DNA of 32,465 bases from a virus. The notes below the pieces were generated by a model. That model was not told the DNA's origin. It was given only the letters and a program-made list of their open reading frames with translations, and made no database searches. Made by a program: the position numbers and the translations under genes. Shown here piece after piece: positions 32,003-32,465 of the stretch. Positions within the stretch are counted from its first letter, which is position 1. Each line of letters begins with the position of its first letter. The stretch is from positions 1 through 32,465 of IMG/VR virus record IMGVR_UViG_3300000969_000004. One strand, given 5' to 3'.

Positions 32003-32465
32003 GTGATCCTAAGATAATTAGTATGCAGATTGAAGAGACCGCTGGGCATTTTCATGCGATTGATTACAAAAAAGATCTGAGTGTTAAACTTCAAAAAACG
32101 GTAACTTTCGGTGAGCCTGGATTAATGACAAAGGTTGAGTACTTTGCAGATGAGGACAAAGTTGATCGCGTATTAGATGTGATAAGAGAGTATGATGTTG
32201 AAGAAGTAACTAATAAGATTTTAAGGAAAAAAACCATCAGGATTTATTACAATGAAGATGGAACACAAAACGATAATATAAAAGATACTGGTTGGTACAC
32301 TTACACTCCAGAGGAGTCTAGGTCTGCAACTCACAGACGACGGGTTAATGTCACAAATAAGTTAGAAAGCGATATGTTAGCGTTACTGCTTTCGGCAGCT
32401 GGTAGTGATCAGACTCAGCAAACGGCTAATTTAGCAGCTGGTGCAAACTTCATGAAGGCATTAAG
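31999..32465 (+). CDS. N-terminal part of the hypothetical virion-module protein that continues at 2-217 across the junction
   Basis: GTG 31999 lies 5 nt after AGGAGG and overlaps the upstream stop (GTGA). The frame is open to the end of the window. Not in the ORF track because there is no stop before the window end. Confidence 0.75.
   Translation, partial: MSDPKIISMQIEETAGHFHAIDYKKDLSVKLQKTVTFGEPGLMTKVEYFADEDKVDRVLDVIREYDVEEVTNKILRKKTIRIYYNEDGTQNDNIKDTGWYTYTPEESRSATHRRRVNVTNKLESDMLALLLSAAGSDQTQQTANLAAGANFMKAL
32406..32465. repeat. terminal direct repeat, copy 2
   Basis: Identical to bases 1-60. Confidence 0.95.

Noticed and set aside
1-32465. Temperate lifestyle, prophage or mobile-element call based on the XRE regulator.
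   Set aside because: No integrase, excisionase, transposase, partition genes or attachment-site repeats were found. A single Cro-like HTH is common in virulent phages as well.

Overview
The window appears to be a complete, circularly closed tailed-phage genome of about 32.4 kb. It looks siphovirus-type, with a tube protein, a G/GT chaperone and a tape measure but no sheath. Bases 1-60 are identical to 32406-32465, so the unit length is 32,405 bp, and one structural gene (31999 -> 217) is split by the linearisation point. There are three transcription blocks. (i) The + strand from about 20.8 kb through the junction to 15.4 kb carries a near-consensus sigma70 promoter, an XRE regulator, and a run of small envelope-targeted and Zn-binding proteins. 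These are followed by terS, terL, portal, two Arg-rich tandem paralogues, scaffold, major capsid, a mosaic decoration-like trio and connector-region genes that include a 3-TM membrane protein. The block continues with the tail tube, the G/GT chaperone with an A_AAA_AAG -1 frameshift site, a TP901-type tape measure, tail tip and fibre genes with an embedded lysis-like cassette, and a VRR-NUC nuclease. (ii) The - strand from 15.4 to 17.7 kb carries a Sak4-like ATPase, a Zn-ribbon protein, a DUF669-like SSB candidate, a FlbD-like small protein, a tail-anchored membrane protein, and an unannotated 40-aa membrane peptide gene with its own terminator. (iii) A single + strand Prim-Pol/VirE-type primase-helicase gene is flanked by 0.56-kb and 0.89-kb non-coding regions rich in hairpins, palindromes and short tandem repeats (putative ori or regulatory hub). 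I found no integrase, DNA polymerase, tRNA, rRNA or CRISPR array. The least-explained parts are four lipobox proteins (three clustered in the early operon, one of them missing from the ORF track), a lipoprotein plus TM-coiled-coil pair in reversed spanin order inside the tail module, the Arg-rich paralogue pair without ATG starts, and the repeat-rich non-coding region. All functional calls come from by-eye motif recognition and gene order. No database search was run.
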